64,000 nucleotides of DNA, from positions 34,275-98,274 of the forward strand of contig JAJDDI010000009.1 of the NCBI GenBank assembly GCA_029260375.1, read 5' to 3'. The position numbers and the translations under genes are program-made. How positions within the stretch are numbered: position 1 is the first letter of the stretch; every line of letters starts with the position of its first letter. This DNA is from Phycisphaerales bacterium. GTDB taxonomy: Bacteria > Planctomycetota > Phycisphaerae > Phycisphaerales > UBA1924. The notes under the pieces are model-generated. The model was given only the letters and a program-made list of their open reading frames with translations. It made no database searches and had not been told where the DNA came from. Shown here piece after piece: positions 16,794-28,928 of the stretch.

Positions 16794-18224
16794 TCAGGCG
16801 GAGTTGGCCCGCTTGACGCGGAGCTGCTCGAGCTTGGGCTTGTTCCGCACGGCGGCGGCGTCGATCACGTACTCGACGCCCTCGTTGTCCAGGTCGGGCA
16901 GGTCGAACGTCAGGTTGAGCATGATCTCTTCCATCACAGCCCGCAGCGCCCGGGCGCCGGTGGCCCGCTTGGCCGCGAGGGCGGCGATCTCGTCGAGCGC
17001 GTCGTCCGTAAAGGTCAGCTTCGCACCCTCGAGCCCGAACATGTGCTGATACTGACGGATGAGCGCGTTCTTGGGCTCGGTGAGGATCTTGACCAGCGCC
17101 GTGTTGGGCAGCGGCATCAGGGGCGTGATGACGGGCAGGCGCCCGACGAGCTCGGGGATCATCCCGTACTCGACCACGTCCTCGTTGGTGACCTGCGCGA
17201 GGAGTTCTTCGCGCTTGATCTGCTGGACCTTCTCGCCCGCGCCGTCCGTGGAGAGGCCCGCGAAGCCGATGCGGGTCTGCCCGACGCGCCTGCGGATGAT
17301 CTCCTCGAGCCCGACGAACGTGCCGCCGCAGATGAACAGAACGTTGCGGGTGTCGAACTGGATGTACTGCTGCTCGGGGTGCTTACGCCCGCCCTGGGGG
17401 GGGACATTGGCGACCGTGCCCTCGAGCATCTTGAGCAGGGACTGCTGCACGCCCTCGCCCGAGACATCACGGGTGATCGAGACGTTGGAGGAGGTCTTGC
17501 CGACCTTGTCCACCTCGTCGATGTAGATAATGCCGCGCTGTGCGGCCTCGACATCGAAGTCCGCGGCCTGGAGCAGCTTGAGCAGCAGGTTCTCGACGTC
17601 CTCGCCGACGTACCCCGCCTCGGTGAGCGTGGTCGCGTCTCCGATGGCAAACGGGACCTTGAGCATGCGGGCCATGGTGCGGGCGAGCAGCGTCTTGCCC
17701 GAGCCCGTGGGACCGATGAGCAGAATGTTGGACTTGTCGAGCTCGATGTTGTTCGCGTCGTCGCTCTCGGCGTGGAGCAGACGCTTGTAGTGCGTGTGCA
17801 CGGCGACCGAGAGCGACCGCTTGGCCAGCTCCTGGCCGATGACGTATTCGCTCATGAACTCGACGATCTCACGCGGAGACGGGATCTCCTGAAGGGCGCT
17901 GGAGATCGAGCTCACCCGCCGGCGTTCCTGCTTGAAGATGTTCTGGCAGAGATCGACGCAGTTGGAGCAGATGTAGACCTCGCTGGGTCCTTCGACCATG
18001 GGTCCGACCTCGCGGGAGGTCTTGCCGCAGAACGAGCAGGTGGTGACCTTACGTCCACGGAAGCCGCTGCCCCCGCCGCCGGAGCCCGAGGCGCCTCCGC
18101 CCCCGGAATCACCGCCGTCGGAACCGCCCGAACCGGAATCACCGGAATCGGATCCAGTGTCACGCCCCGCGGCAACCGGCTCAGCTCCCACGTTCTCGTC
18201 CTGCCAACTCTTCGACATACTCAC
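16794..18224 (-). CDS. clpX: ATP-dependent Clp protease ATP-binding subunit ClpX, with a Gly/Ser/Asp-rich N-terminal extension
   Basis: Zinc finger CSFCGK...[10 protein letters not shown]. Walker [18 protein letters not shown]-like loop and conserved C-terminal region. Confidence 0.95.
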   Translation of the reverse strand: MSMSKSWQDENVGAEPVAAGRDTGSDSGDSGSGGSDGGDSGGGGASGSGGGGSGFRGRKVTTCSFCGKTSREVGPMVEGPSEVYICSNCVDLCQNIFKQERRRVSSISSALQEIPSPREIVEFMSEYVIGQELAKRSLSVAVHTHYKRLLHAESDDANNIELDKSNILLIGPTGSGKTLLARTMARMLKVPFAIGDATTLTEAGYVGEDVENLLLKLLQAADFDVEAAQRGIIYIDEVDKVGKTSSNVSITRDVSGEGVQQSLLKMLEGTVANVPPQGGRKHPEQQYIQFDTRNVLFICGGTFVGLEEIIRRRVGQTRIGFAGLSTDGAGEKVQQIKREELLAQVTNEDVVEYGMIPELVGRLPVITPLMPLPNTALVKILTEPKNALIRQYQHMFGLEGAKLTFTDDALDEIAALAAKRATGARALRAVMEEIMLNLTFDLPDLDNEGVEYVIDAAAVRNKPKLEQLRVKRANSA

Positions 18225-18473
18225 CTCGAAGTTTCCGCGAGCCGTTGTGGCGCCCGCAAGCTATCGACCGACTCCTGGCCGGGCTCGACGCCCACACCCA
18301 GACCCGTCGAATCCGGTGTTGGCACGAACCACCCATGCCACCGAGCCGGTCGATCTCACCCTGAGCCTACCGCCCGTCTTGCCCCTCAACCATGTCTTGT
18401 GGATCACGATCCGCACACTGACCCATCCCAGGCCCCTTCAGTCGGCATAGACCCCCCAGATGCCCCACATGTC

Positions 18474-18932
18474 TCAGCCCGCCGGGTCCTCACCGGGCTT
18501 GGGCGGGGCGCTTTCTTCAGACGACTCGGGCTCAGGGCCCGGCTCATGGCGCCCCGGCAGTCGCTCACCCGTCAGGTCAAACCCGGGCTTGGCGGCGACG
18601 GACCCGTCCGGGGCGACCGGGCCCCGCTCGGCGTTGGGTCTGGGCGGGGGCGCCTTGCCCGCCGCCCGGGCGGCGATGGATGCGCGGGCGGAGTCGTACT
18701 CCGCCCGGCTGATCTCGCCCCGCTCGCGCATGGCCCGGAGCTGGTCGAGCATCGACCCTGGCGAGACGGAGACGTCCGAGGCGTTGAACAGGCGCCGGCG
18801 CATCGCGAGCACGACCACGCCGAACACCAGCGAGGCGATGATCAGGGCGCCGACCCAGAGCCACAGCTCGGTCGGCGGAGACTGACGGCTCTGCGCCAGC
18901 ACCAGCCCATGTTTGATCCAGAGTTCCTGCAC
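18474..18932 (-). CDS. Small membrane protein with SHOCT-like motif
   Basis: TM LWLWVGALIIASLVFGVVVLA. LDQLRAMRERGEISRAEYDSAR resembles the SHOCT short C-terminal domain. Pro/Glu-rich tail. Confidence 0.5.
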   Translation of the reverse strand: MQELWIKHGLVLAQSRQSPPTELWLWVGALIIASLVFGVVVLAMRRRLFNASDVSVSPGSMLDQLRAMRERGEISRAEYDSARASIAARAAGKAPPPRPNAERGPVAPDGSVAAKPGFDLTGERLPGRHEPGPEPESSEESAPPKPGEDPAG

Positions 18933-18985
18933 GCCGGGGTGATTCTACCGCACCCCGATTGCCCGTCTCGACCCGTCGCGCCAGG

Positions 18986-19732
18986 CTAGAGGTTGTTCGA
19001 GGCGATCGCCTCGCGCAGGGGCGTGAGCAGCGCGGGCAGCACCCGCTCATCGACCAGCTCCTGCCCTCGCTTGGACAGGCGGTCGAACCGGTCGGGCAGC
19101 TCGCGCAGGTCCGAGACGGGGTCGTGCTGGCGGAGCGTGAGGTAGACGCTGATGGGCTCGTCCCGCCGCTCAACCTCGCGGGCGCCCGCCTGCGATCGGG
19201 TCTTGACCTCGAAGTGCGCCTCGGTCTCGGAGCCGAGCCCCAGCGTGAGGCCGATGAGCGGCTGGCAATCCACCGCGACGGCGCCCGGCACGTCCACCAG
19301 CGAGGCCATCGGCGACTGGCCCACGAGCGCCTGGGCCACGATCGCGTCGTGATTCCCGCCCGCGGCCAGATCGAACCCGTACAACAGCTCCACGAACTCC
19401 AGGTCGAGCGGGCTGATGCTCAGGTAGTACGGCGTGACGTCGAGCACGCACCGGTGGAGCCCGTAGGCCTCCTCCTCGTTCTGCGGGTTGACCACGCCCG
19501 AGCGGATGCTGTTGGACCGGATGGCCAGCCAGCGGTGCGGGACGCTGTCCTGCGGGCTCTCGAGCGCCAGCTCGTCCTTGTACCGCTTGAACGAGCCCAT
19601 CTCGGGGAACTCGCGCCGGACGCGCTCGAACAGGTCGAGCACGGTCTCTCGGGATCGCGGAAGATCGAGCTTCACGCTCATCTTCTGGTTCACATAGAAG
19701 TCGGTACACAAGACCTTGTAGCTCGATGGCAT
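18986..19732 (-). CDS. Hypothetical protein (248 aa)
   Basis: Start moved to ATG 19732 (MPSSYKVLCTDFYV...). Normal globular composition. No family recognised. Confidence 0.5.
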   Translation of the reverse strand: MPSSYKVLCTDFYVNQKMSVKLDLPRSRETVLDLFERVRREFPEMGSFKRYKDELALESPQDSVPHRWLAIRSNSIRSGVVNPQNEEEAYGLHRCVLDVTPYYLSISPLDLEFVELLYGFDLAAGGNHDAIVAQALVGQSPMASLVDVPGAVAVDCQPLIGLTLGLGSETEAHFEVKTRSQAGAREVERRDEPISVYLTLRQHDPVSDLRELPDRFDRLSKRGQELVDERVLPALLTPLREAIASNNL

Positions 19733-19840
19733 CCGTGCGCACTCCTTGCGGTCGTCGCCAGCATAGAGCCAACCCCGAACAGATCGCGGTTTCCGACGAC
19801 CTGTCCACATCAACTGACACAACGCCCGGATCGCCCGGGT

Positions 19841-21112
19841 TCAGGGGGAATCGGTCGGGGGCGCCGCGCGGAGCATCGGCTGCGGGCGGAGGTAGGTCAG
19901 GCTGCGCCAGACCCACTCGGCCGGGCCGAAGCGGAAGGCCCTGAGCCAGAGCAGACTGAACACGATGTTCACGGTCCACACGCCGGCGACGACGAGCCAG
20001 AGCTGCGGGTACTGGACGCGCCCGAAGAGCCCGAGGGCGTACCCGTAGAAGAGGGTGGTGCAGAGGATCGTTTGGAGTAGGTAGTTGCTCAGCGCCATGC
20101 GCCCGACACTGGCCAGGGCCGCAGTGACCGGGCGGAGCCAGCCGCGCCGCACCAGCAGGATCAGCACCGAGGCGTAGCCAAGGGCGGTCGGGATGCCCAC
20201 GAGCTGGCCAGCGCCCAAGAAGATGAACCCGGGCAACTCGACCGCTTGATCAAGCAGCGCCAGGAACGCGATCGTGAGTGTGAGCCCGACGGTCAGGCCC
20301 AGAGCCCCCATCGCCAGGTAGAACCGGTCGCTGCGTTCACCCGTGAGAACGCCCGTCTTGGTGAGCGCCATGCCGAGGGTCATCAGCCCGGTGACGGAGA
20401 AGCCAAAGCCCATGGGTAGGAGAAAGATGTATGTGAACAGGAGCTGGCCAGCACGAATCTTGAGGCCGTCCAGGTACGACCCCGTGTACGCGGCGAGCTC
20501 ACCCGGGTAATCGCCGAGCATCGCTTCGCCGCCCTGAAAGACCATGCCCAGGAGCATGAACCCGGTGAGCAGACCCGTCCCGAGCAGGTACAGCCCAGCC
20601 CCGAGGCCGAACTGCCACCCCGGGCGGAGACGCCGGACCCACCAGACGATGCCGAGACCCGCGATGGCGTACCAGACGAGGATGTCGCCGTACCACAGCC
20701 CGAACGCGTGCAACAGCCCGATGCCCAGCAGCCAGGCGCAACGCGTGTACCACAGCCCGGCGCCCTTGCTCAGCCTGGGACGCCCAGACGCGTCGTCCTG
20801 CTTGCGATCGAACTTCCGGGCGTACATCAGCACGCCGGCGCCGAAGAGCAGCGAGAACAAGAACATCATCTTCCCGTGGAAGACAATCTGGACGATGCGG
20901 TGCCCAAGCTCGTTGGCCCGCTCGTGCGGCTCGGCGCCCGAGGTCAGCTCGAGGGTAAACCCCATGATCTCCGGCGCGAACTGCGTGGAGCTGGGCCAGG
21001 CGAAAGCGAGGATGTTGGGGCCGAGGATGCCCAGCAGGGCAAAGCCCCGGATGACATCGAGCGTCACGATGCGATCGGGGGCCGCAACGGGCGCTGGTGT
21101 CGTATCCATCAT
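19841..21112 (-). CDS. DUF418-family polytopic membrane protein (YeiB-like)
   Basis: [17 protein letters not shown]... at the N-terminus, many TM segments, and C-terminal [27 protein letters not shown]. Confidence 0.7.
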   Translation of the reverse strand: MMDTTPAPVAAPDRIVTLDVIRGFALLGILGPNILAFAWPSSTQFAPEIMGFTLELTSGAEPHERANELGHRIVQIVFHGKMMFLFSLLFGAGVLMYARKFDRKQDDASGRPRLSKGAGLWYTRCAWLLGIGLLHAFGLWYGDILVWYAIAGLGIVWWVRRLRPGWQFGLGAGLYLLGTGLLTGFMLLGMVFQGGEAMLGDYPGELAAYTGSYLDGLKIRAGQLLFTYIFLLPMGFGFSVTGLMTLGMALTKTGVLTGERSDRFYLAMGALGLTVGLTLTIAFLALLDQAVELPGFIFLGAGQLVGIPTALGYASVLILLVRRGWLRPVTAALASVGRMALSNYLLQTILCTTLFYGYALGLFGRVQYPQLWLVVAGVWTVNIVFSLLWLRAFRFGPAEWVWRSLTYLRPQPMLRAAPPTDSP

Positions 21113-21390
21113 TCCCCCTCGCGTCTGATCTCAAGCCCGGATCCCGCCAACTCTTCGCAGGCAAGGGCGGTGCGTGTCACGTCCGCGATATTATCCATCA
21201 GGCGGGTCTCGACCGCCTGCGTGAATCGAGTGAGTTCATCCCGCTCGCCCTGGGCCTCGAGCGTGACCGAGGCGTCTGGCTCGTTGCGGACCCAGCCGCT
21301 GATGTCGTACCCACGGGCGATGGAGCGGCACGTCGCCCGGAAGCCGACGCCCTGGACTCTTCCTCTATAGCTCATCCGCCAACGCTCCAT
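21109..21390 (-). CDS. acyP: Acylphosphatase
   Basis: [40 protein letters not shown]. 4-nt overlap with the downstream DUF418 gene. Confidence 0.8.
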   Translation of the reverse strand: MERWRMSYRGRVQGVGFRATCRSIARGYDISGWVRNEPDASVTLEAQGERDELTRFTQAVETRLMDNIADVTRTALACEELAGSGLEIRREGE

Positions 21391-21802
21391 GATGGGGTTG
21401 TATCCGTTCCTACGGAGGGGCGTGGGAGGCGTTTCAGGACCGAGATTCAGACCCGCCCCACTTCCCGGACGCCCCAGGGGCGCGGATGTGCGGTTCGTGC
21501 GGGCTGATCGGGCAGATCGGTTGATTCATCCGGCCCACGTGCTAGGGTTTCTCCAGACTGACAGGCGTCGCTCAGCGAGCGGATCACGGGGCGGTTTCAG
21601 GCCGCACACCCGGGCGATCAACACACTGATGAGCGAACGACCCGCAGCGACACTCCGGTTTCTTCACCGTGCTTCTCGTGTCGGTTGAGGGTCGGCCCCC
21701 CTGGGATGGGCCGTTGAGACATACTCGCTTCAGCATGCCAACGGGCGAGACAGACATCACGCGTCGGGGCGACGGGTCCTCACAGGGCTTGTTTGTCATC
21801 GC

Positions 21803-23716
21803 GTGCGCATCGGGAAGGACGTGTCGGGGACGATGAGCTTCGGCCAGGGACAGTTCGGCCAGGACGGCCCGGATGATCGCCAGCGCGTTCGTGACGCGTC
21901 GGACATCGTCTCTGTTATCGGCGAGCATCTCTCGCTCAAGGCCAAGGGTCGCGAGTACGCCTGCCTCTGCCCCTTCCACGACGACCACAACCCGTCGATG
22001 AGCGTCGTGCCCCACAAGCAGATCTTCCACTGCTTCGTCTGCGGCGCCGGGGGGGACGTGTTCACGTTCGTCCAGCGGTATCACAGCATGGAGTTCCGCG
22101 AGGCGCTCGAGTTCCTGGGCGAGCGGGCCGGGATCGAGCTGACGCGGCGCAAGCCCCAGGGCCAGAGCGGTTCGGGCCAGAGCGAGATCAGCCGCCAGGA
22201 GCTCATCGAGGCCAACCGGGTCGCGACGGGCTTCTTCCGGGCCATCCTCACCCACCCCGAGCACGGCGTGCTGGCGAGGCAGGTTGTGGAGCGGCGATCG
22301 CTCAGCCCCGAGATGATCGAGGCGTTCGCCATCGGCGCCAGCGTCGATCGCTGGGACGGGCTGCTGCAGGTCGTCCGGGGCAAGGGCCTCAGCGAAGCCC
22401 ACTTCCTGGGCGCCGGGCTCATCAAGCCCAAGGACAACGGCGACGCCTACGACGCGCTGCGCAACCGCCTCATCTTCCCCATCCACGAGCACCCGACCGG
22501 ACGCGTCATCGCCTTTGGCGCCCGTCGCCTCAACGACGAGGACGAGCCCAAGTACCTCAACAGCCCCGAGACGCCCGTCTTCAACAAGTCCAAGACCCTC
22601 TTCGGCCTGCACCAGGCGGCCCGCTCCATCCAGAAGGAGGGGCTCGCGATCATCGTCGAGGGGTACACCGACGTCATCGCCTGCCACCAGGCGGGGATCA
22701 CGAACGTCGTGGGCACGCTGGGCACGGCCCTGACGACCCAGCACGCCGCGGTGCTGCGCCGGCTGTGCGACGCGGTGGTGCTGCTGTTCGACGCGGACGA
22801 CGCGGGGCAGCGGGCGGCCGACCGGGCGCTGGAGGTGCTCTTCAGCGAGGAGATCGACATCCGCGTCGCGCGGGGCGAGGGCGACGCGAAGGACCCGGAC
22901 GAACTGCTTCGATCAGAAGGTGGCGTCGAGACGTTCACCGCGATGGTCAATGACGCCCAGGACCTGCTCGATTTCCGGTTCGGGCGGCTGCGGGCCAGGC
23001 TGGCGGGCGCGGGGATCGCCGAGACGTCGCGCGTGCTGGGCGAGGAGATGGGGCGGCTCATCGAGCTGGGTCTTGATCGACTTCGCCCGCTGCGTCGGAA
23101 GCTGATCCTCCGCAAGCTCGCGCAGATCGCGGGCGTGGACGAGGAGACCGTCCGCGAGGCGATCCCGGGCGGGCGGCGGATGGCTCGCCCCGAGACCCAG
23201 ATCGAGACGAAGGACACGCTCGGGCGTTCGCTGGGCGCCCGTGAGTCGGTGCTGGGCAGCGTGCTGTGTGATCCGAAGGTGTGGATGGCGATCGGGCACG
23301 ACGAGCGGGACCTACTCGCAGCACCATTGTTTGAGAATGAAGCCCTCCGGGCGGTCGCCGACGCGGTGCACCTGCTCGACGAGGACGGGCGTCGCCCGTC
23401 GCTGGCGGACGTGCTGGGCGAGCTTGAGACGGGCGAGGCGCAGTCCGCGGCGGTCGAGCTTGAGCGCATCGTCAGTGTTCAGACGGGGGGCAAGGGCGAG
23501 CGCTTCAACGACTACTGGCGCCAGTGTCTGGAGCGACTAAAAATCCAGGAGATGTCGCGCCCCAGTGGCGCGTCGGAACCCGAAGGACCGGACAGCGGTA
23601 GCACCCCCGCGGGCGGGGTCTCGAACGACTCGGACGATCTCGCGGAGCTGCTCGCCCTCGGGCGGCTCCATCAGCAACACGGAAAGAACCCTGCGGCCAA
23701 GCTGCTCGGGGACTGA
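21803..23716 (+). CDS. dnaG: DNA primase DnaG
   Basis: Zinc-binding CLCPFHDDHNPSMSV...FHCFVCGAGGDVFTFV. TOPRIM EGYTDVIACHQAG...LLFDADDAGQRAA. Confidence 0.95.
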   Translation: MRIGKDVSGTMSFGQGQFGQDGPDDRQRVRDASDIVSVIGEHLSLKAKGREYACLCPFHDDHNPSMSVVPHKQIFHCFVCGAGGDVFTFVQRYHSMEFREALEFLGERAGIELTRRKPQGQSGSGQSEISRQELIEANRVATGFFRAILTHPEHGVLARQVVERRSLSPEMIEAFAIGASVDRWDGLLQVVRGKGLSEAHFLGAGLIKPKDNGDAYDALRNRLIFPIHEHPTGRVIAFGARRLNDEDEPKYLNSPETPVFNKSKTLFGLHQAARSIQKEGLAIIVEGYTDVIACHQAGITNVVGTLGTALTTQHAAVLRRLCDAVVLLFDADDAGQRAADRALEVLFSEEIDIRVARGEGDAKDPDELLRSEGGVETFTAMVNDAQDLLDFRFGRLRARLAGAGIAETSRVLGEEMGRLIELGLDRLRPLRRKLILRKLAQIAGVDEETVREAIPGGRRMARPETQIETKDTLGRSLGARESVLGSVLCDPKVWMAIGHDERDLLAAPLFENEALRAVADAVHLLDEDGRRPSLADVLGELETGEAQSAAVELERIVSVQTGGKGERFNDYWRQCLERLKIQEMSRPSGASEPEGPDSGSTPAGGVSNDSDDLAELLALGRLHQQHGKNPAAKLLGD

Positions 23717-23777
23717 ATCAGGCCAATGATCTCCCCGGCTGCCCGTTCTGGGCCAGCGCGGGACCACCAAGGACTCG

Positions 23778-25670
<1,893 letters not shown>

Positions 25671-25698
25671 GCGAACGAGTGCTGACAGCGCATTGAAA

Positions 25699-25729
25699 CG
25701 GGCGACGCACCATTGAGGTGCGCCGCCCG
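25699..25729. terminator. Hairpin between convergent rpoD and the PEP-CTERM gene
   Basis: cgggcgacgcacc-attga-ggtgcgccgcccg (12 of 13 bp). Confidence 0.45.
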
Positions 25730-25758
25730 TGCAGCATGCGAGAGAAGCGAAGAGTGGC

Positions 25759-26556
25759 TCAGGCCGTCTTGCGGCGACGCTTGGTCAGCGTCAGGGCGCC
25801 CAGGCCCAAGAGGGTGGCGACACCCGGGGTCGGGACGGTCGAGAAGTTGTCGAAGCCAAGGCCGGCGCCCGCCACACGCGTTCCGATGAAGTCGATGCGG
25901 ACCGCGAAGATGTCGGCATCGGCATGGTCGAACGTCCAGGTCCAGGGGGCGGACTCGTAGGGGTTGGCGATGGGATCGGGGGTGTCGCCGACGGGCGAGA
26001 CGATCGCGTCGAGCTCAAAGCCGTCGGAGTCGAGGGCGACGACACGCCACTGCTCGGTGCCGATCGCGGCGCCCGCGGACTCGGCCAGGTTGCCGTCGAT
26101 GTCCCAGATCTGTCCGGTGACGAAGTCAACGGGGCCGTCGGTCATGCTCATGAGCAGGGAGCCCGGGTTGGCGTCCATGGGGCTCTTGGTGCGGAGGAAC
26201 CACTCGCCGAGCTCTTCCTCAAAGCCCGGGCGAGCCTCGTCGAAGGTGTCGTTGATCTGGCTGAGGAAGCCGTCGTCGTGGTTTGGGTAGGTGCCGTCGA
26301 AGTTCGGGCCCACCTGCGTCAGAAGGGGGAGGGTGTTCCGGGTTTCCATGGTGAACGGGTCAACGATGCTGAACGCGACACCGAAGGTGGCCGCGAACTG
26401 ATCGGTGATCGGTGCGTTGTTGACCGCGGTGACGCCGGCGGCGCCGAGCTGGCCCGCCTCGAAGCCGAGCACATCGGCGTTGGCGGTTGAGGCGAAGCCG
26501 ATCATGCCGGCGGAAAGCGTAAGTGCAACGATACCCTTGGTAAGCTTGGTACTCAT
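25759..26556 (-). CDS. Secreted protein with C-terminal PEP-CTERM-type sorting signal
   Basis: Start moved to ATG 26556 (MSTKLTKGIVALTLSAGMIGFASTANA signal peptide). C-terminus VPTPGVATLLGLGALTLTKRRRKTA, i.e. a PEP-like motif, a TM and a basic cluster. Confidence 0.7.
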   Translation of the reverse strand: MSTKLTKGIVALTLSAGMIGFASTANADVLGFEAGQLGAAGVTAVNNAPITDQFAATFGVAFSIVDPFTMETRNTLPLLTQVGPNFDGTYPNHDDGFLSQINDTFDEARPGFEEELGEWFLRTKSPMDANPGSLLMSMTDGPVDFVTGQIWDIDGNLAESAGAAIGTEQWRVVALDSDGFELDAIVSPVGDTPDPIANPYESAPWTWTFDHADADIFAVRIDFIGTRVAGAGLGFDNFSTVPTPGVATLLGLGALTLTKRRRKTA

Positions 26557-26797
26557 GTCTCTCTCTCCATCTCTTTGTTTGTTTCTCTCACCGGACGGCC
26601 TGCTGTCGCCCGACACTCGAACGTACACCGCCGCGTAAATGCGACCAGCCGACAGCGGAGAATGAGGCGCCCCGGGGGACCCCCTGTGCGCGTTGCGCCG
26701 CCTGCGCGGGCGCCGCGGGTGGGTCTGCGCCGGTTCTGCGGGCGGGGAACCGCGCGGGCTCGGTAGAATGTGCTTGACACACCAGGAGACAAATACG

Positions 26798-27376
26798 ATG
26801 AGCGACACGCACACCGAAGAGATTGAGCGGATCCAGAAGCAGATCCAGAAGCTCAAAGGCGAACTGAGCAAGGCCCGGCGATCTGCGCCGCCCGAACCGG
26901 CGCCGGACTATGAGCTTCGCAATGCCGACGGCTCGGGCGTGCGCCTCTCCGAGCTGTTCGATGGCAGGGAGGATCTGCTCGTTGTGCACAACATGGGCAA
27001 GGGGTGCGCGTACTGCACCCTGTGGGCCGACGGCTTTACGGGCTTCGCCCCGCACCTGCAGGACCGCGCCGCGTTCGCGCTCTGCTCCAACGATGATCCC
27101 GCGACGGCCCGAGCGTTCGCGGACTCGCGCGGGTGGAACTACCCCGTGATCTCGGGCGCGGGGTCGAGCTTTGCCAGGGACATGGGCTTCGCGTCGCCCG
27201 AGGGCGAGCCCTGGCCCGGCGTCTCGGCATTCCGAAAGCTCGCGGACGGCTCGATCGTCCGCACCGGCTCGGCGCCGTTCGGGCCGGGCGATGACTTCTG
27301 TTCGCCCTGGCCGCTGTTCGACCTGCTCGACGGCGGCGCGGGGGACTGGGCGCCCAAATACAGCTACGACGCCTAA
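26798..27376 (+). CDS. DUF899-like thioredoxin-fold protein
   Basis: Start at ATG 26798. LLVVHNMGKGCAYCTLWADGF with a CxxC-type motif. Overall DUF899-like pattern. Confidence 0.6.
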   Translation: MSDTHTEEIERIQKQIQKLKGELSKARRSAPPEPAPDYELRNADGSGVRLSELFDGREDLLVVHNMGKGCAYCTLWADGFTGFAPHLQDRAAFALCSNDDPATARAFADSRGWNYPVISGAGSSFARDMGFASPEGEPWPGVSAFRKLADGSIVRTGSAPFGPGDDFCSPWPLFDLLDGGAGDWAPKYSYDA

Positions 27377-27393
27377 CGACCGATCATGCACGC

Positions 27394-27858
27394 ATGAGCA
27401 CGATGCGCTCCAGAATCACGATCGACGCCCCGCCCGAGCGGGTCTGGATGTTCGTCGCCGACCCGGTGATGGAGTCGGCGTGGAACCCGAAGATCGTCGC
27501 GATCGACCGGGACGCCGAAGGCCCGGTCCGGACCGGTGAGCGGTTCGAGATGGAGTTCGTGATGTCGGGAACGGGCAGCCGGTGCGAGGCCGAGGCGCTT
27601 GAGGCCTCGCCCCCGGGCCTGCTCGTCTACCGCTACCGCATGCTCGACGAGAGGCTCGAGGGCAGCGTGGACATCCGCTACACGCTCGAGCCCAAGGGCG
27701 ACGGCACGCGCCTCGTCCAGTCGATCGACATGCGCGGGATGGGCATCTCGTGGCCCGTGCGGGCGCTGATCTGGTTCGTCACGCGGTTTGGTACGCCCGT
27801 GGGCAAGCCCTATCTGGAAGAGCTCAAGGGCCAGGTCGAGGCGATCGAGAACGCCTAG
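27394..27858 (+). CDS. SRPBCC-family (polyketide cyclase/dehydrase-like) protein
   Basis: RSRITIDAPPERVWMFVADPVMESAWNPKIV..., the typical START/SRPBCC N-terminal signature. Confidence 0.7.
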   Translation: MSTMRSRITIDAPPERVWMFVADPVMESAWNPKIVAIDRDAEGPVRTGERFEMEFVMSGTGSRCEAEALEASPPGLLVYRYRMLDERLEGSVDIRYTLEPKGDGTRLVQSIDMRGMGISWPVRALIWFVTRFGTPVGKPYLEELKGQVEAIENA

Positions 27859-28904
27859 GGACACCCCGCGCCGAACGAGCTCAGGAACGCGACTACGTCG
27901 GAGAAGTCGAACAAACCCACGGGCTCGGCCAGGTCCGCCTCGGGCGACATCGCCGCGAAGGCGCTCAGGAACGCGACGACATCGGAGAAGTCCAGCGAGC
28001 CCAGCGGCTCGGCCAGGTCCGCCTCGTTGCACCCGGCGCCCGCGACGAGAACCTCGCCGGGCCCGTGGATCGTGTTGGTGAACAGGCCGTGCGGGCGGAA
28101 GCTGGCCCACTGGCTGGTGACCCAGATGTACGTCGTCCCCTCGAAGAGCAGCTGGCTGAACGCGCTCGTGCCCTCGGGGATGTCGAAGGGCGAGAAGCCG
28201 TTGCCCAGCCCGTAGTCGTGGATGTTGGCGATGGGCAGGGTGTCGTCGAAGGCGCCCTTATAGAGGATCGTGAAGTGGTCGTCGCCCGAGGCCAGGACGC
28301 TGGTAAAGTCGTACAGGCCCGAGCGGGAGACGGTGAACGTCAGCGCGTGGTAGTCCATCGGGCCAAGGCCCGAGACGCCGACGATGGAGAACGGGCGGTT
28401 CCAGCTGTGGCCCTGGTCCGTGGACTCGGTGTACTCGTACGTGATGTCCGGGCCGGCGCCCAGAAGGTGGACCTGTCCGTCGCGAACGCCCGCGACATAC
28501 GGAGCCGGCGCGCCCGAGTCGAAGGCGAGGGTCCAGGCGCCGTTGCCGTCAACATTCGGCAGCCCCGTGAACCCGTCGGCCAGCGGATAGTCGGCGATGG
28601 AGATCTCGCCGAACCACGGCGCGGGCGAGGACGCGGAGGCCCCGCCGGGCGCCTGGGCGGTCATGGTGAACTCGGCGGACCAGGGGAAGGAGCCCCCGCC
28701 GTTGTCGCGGACCACGCCCGTCCACAGGCCCGAGAGCGCCAGCCCCGTCACGGGCGCCGAGACGCCCGAGAAGGTGACCATGACCGACGCGCCGGCGGCG
28801 GGCACGTCCACATCAGACATCGGAACGCTTGCGACCACCTCCGGCGCCGCGTGGGCGCAGAGAGGAAGCAGGGAAAGAACAACGGCTGCGGCTGGCTTCA
28901 ACAT
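27855..28904 (-). CDS. Secreted protein with C-terminal Cys-bracketed double dockerin-like module (GC-type dockerin-like)
   Basis: Signal peptide MLKPAAAVVLSLLPLCAHA. C-terminus GCNEADLAEPLGSLDFSDVVAFLSAFAAMSPEADLAEPVGLFDFSDVVAFLSSFGAGCP. Confidence 0.7.
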   Translation of the reverse strand: MLKPAAAVVLSLLPLCAHAAPEVVASVPMSDVDVPAAGASVMVTFSGVSAPVTGLALSGLWTGVVRDNGGGSFPWSAEFTMTAQAPGGASASSPAPWFGEISIADYPLADGFTGLPNVDGNGAWTLAFDSGAPAPYVAGVRDGQVHLLGAGPDITYEYTESTDQGHSWNRPFSIVGVSGLGPMDYHALTFTVSRSGLYDFTSVLASGDDHFTILYKGAFDDTLPIANIHDYGLGNGFSPFDIPEGTSAFSQLLFEGTTYIWVTSQWASFRPHGLFTNTIHGPGEVLVAGAGCNEADLAEPLGSLDFSDVVAFLSAFAAMSPEADLAEPVGLFDFSDVVAFLSSFGAGCP

Positions 28905-28928
28905 CTCAAGCTCCGTCGGTTGGTGAAC

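Noticed and set aside
21391-21802. 412-nt gap upstream of dnaG, examined for rpsU, small ORFs or a structured RNA.
   Set aside because: I found no S21-like basic ORF, no ORF with a convincing SD, and only short hairpins. Nothing there can be supported without transcript data.
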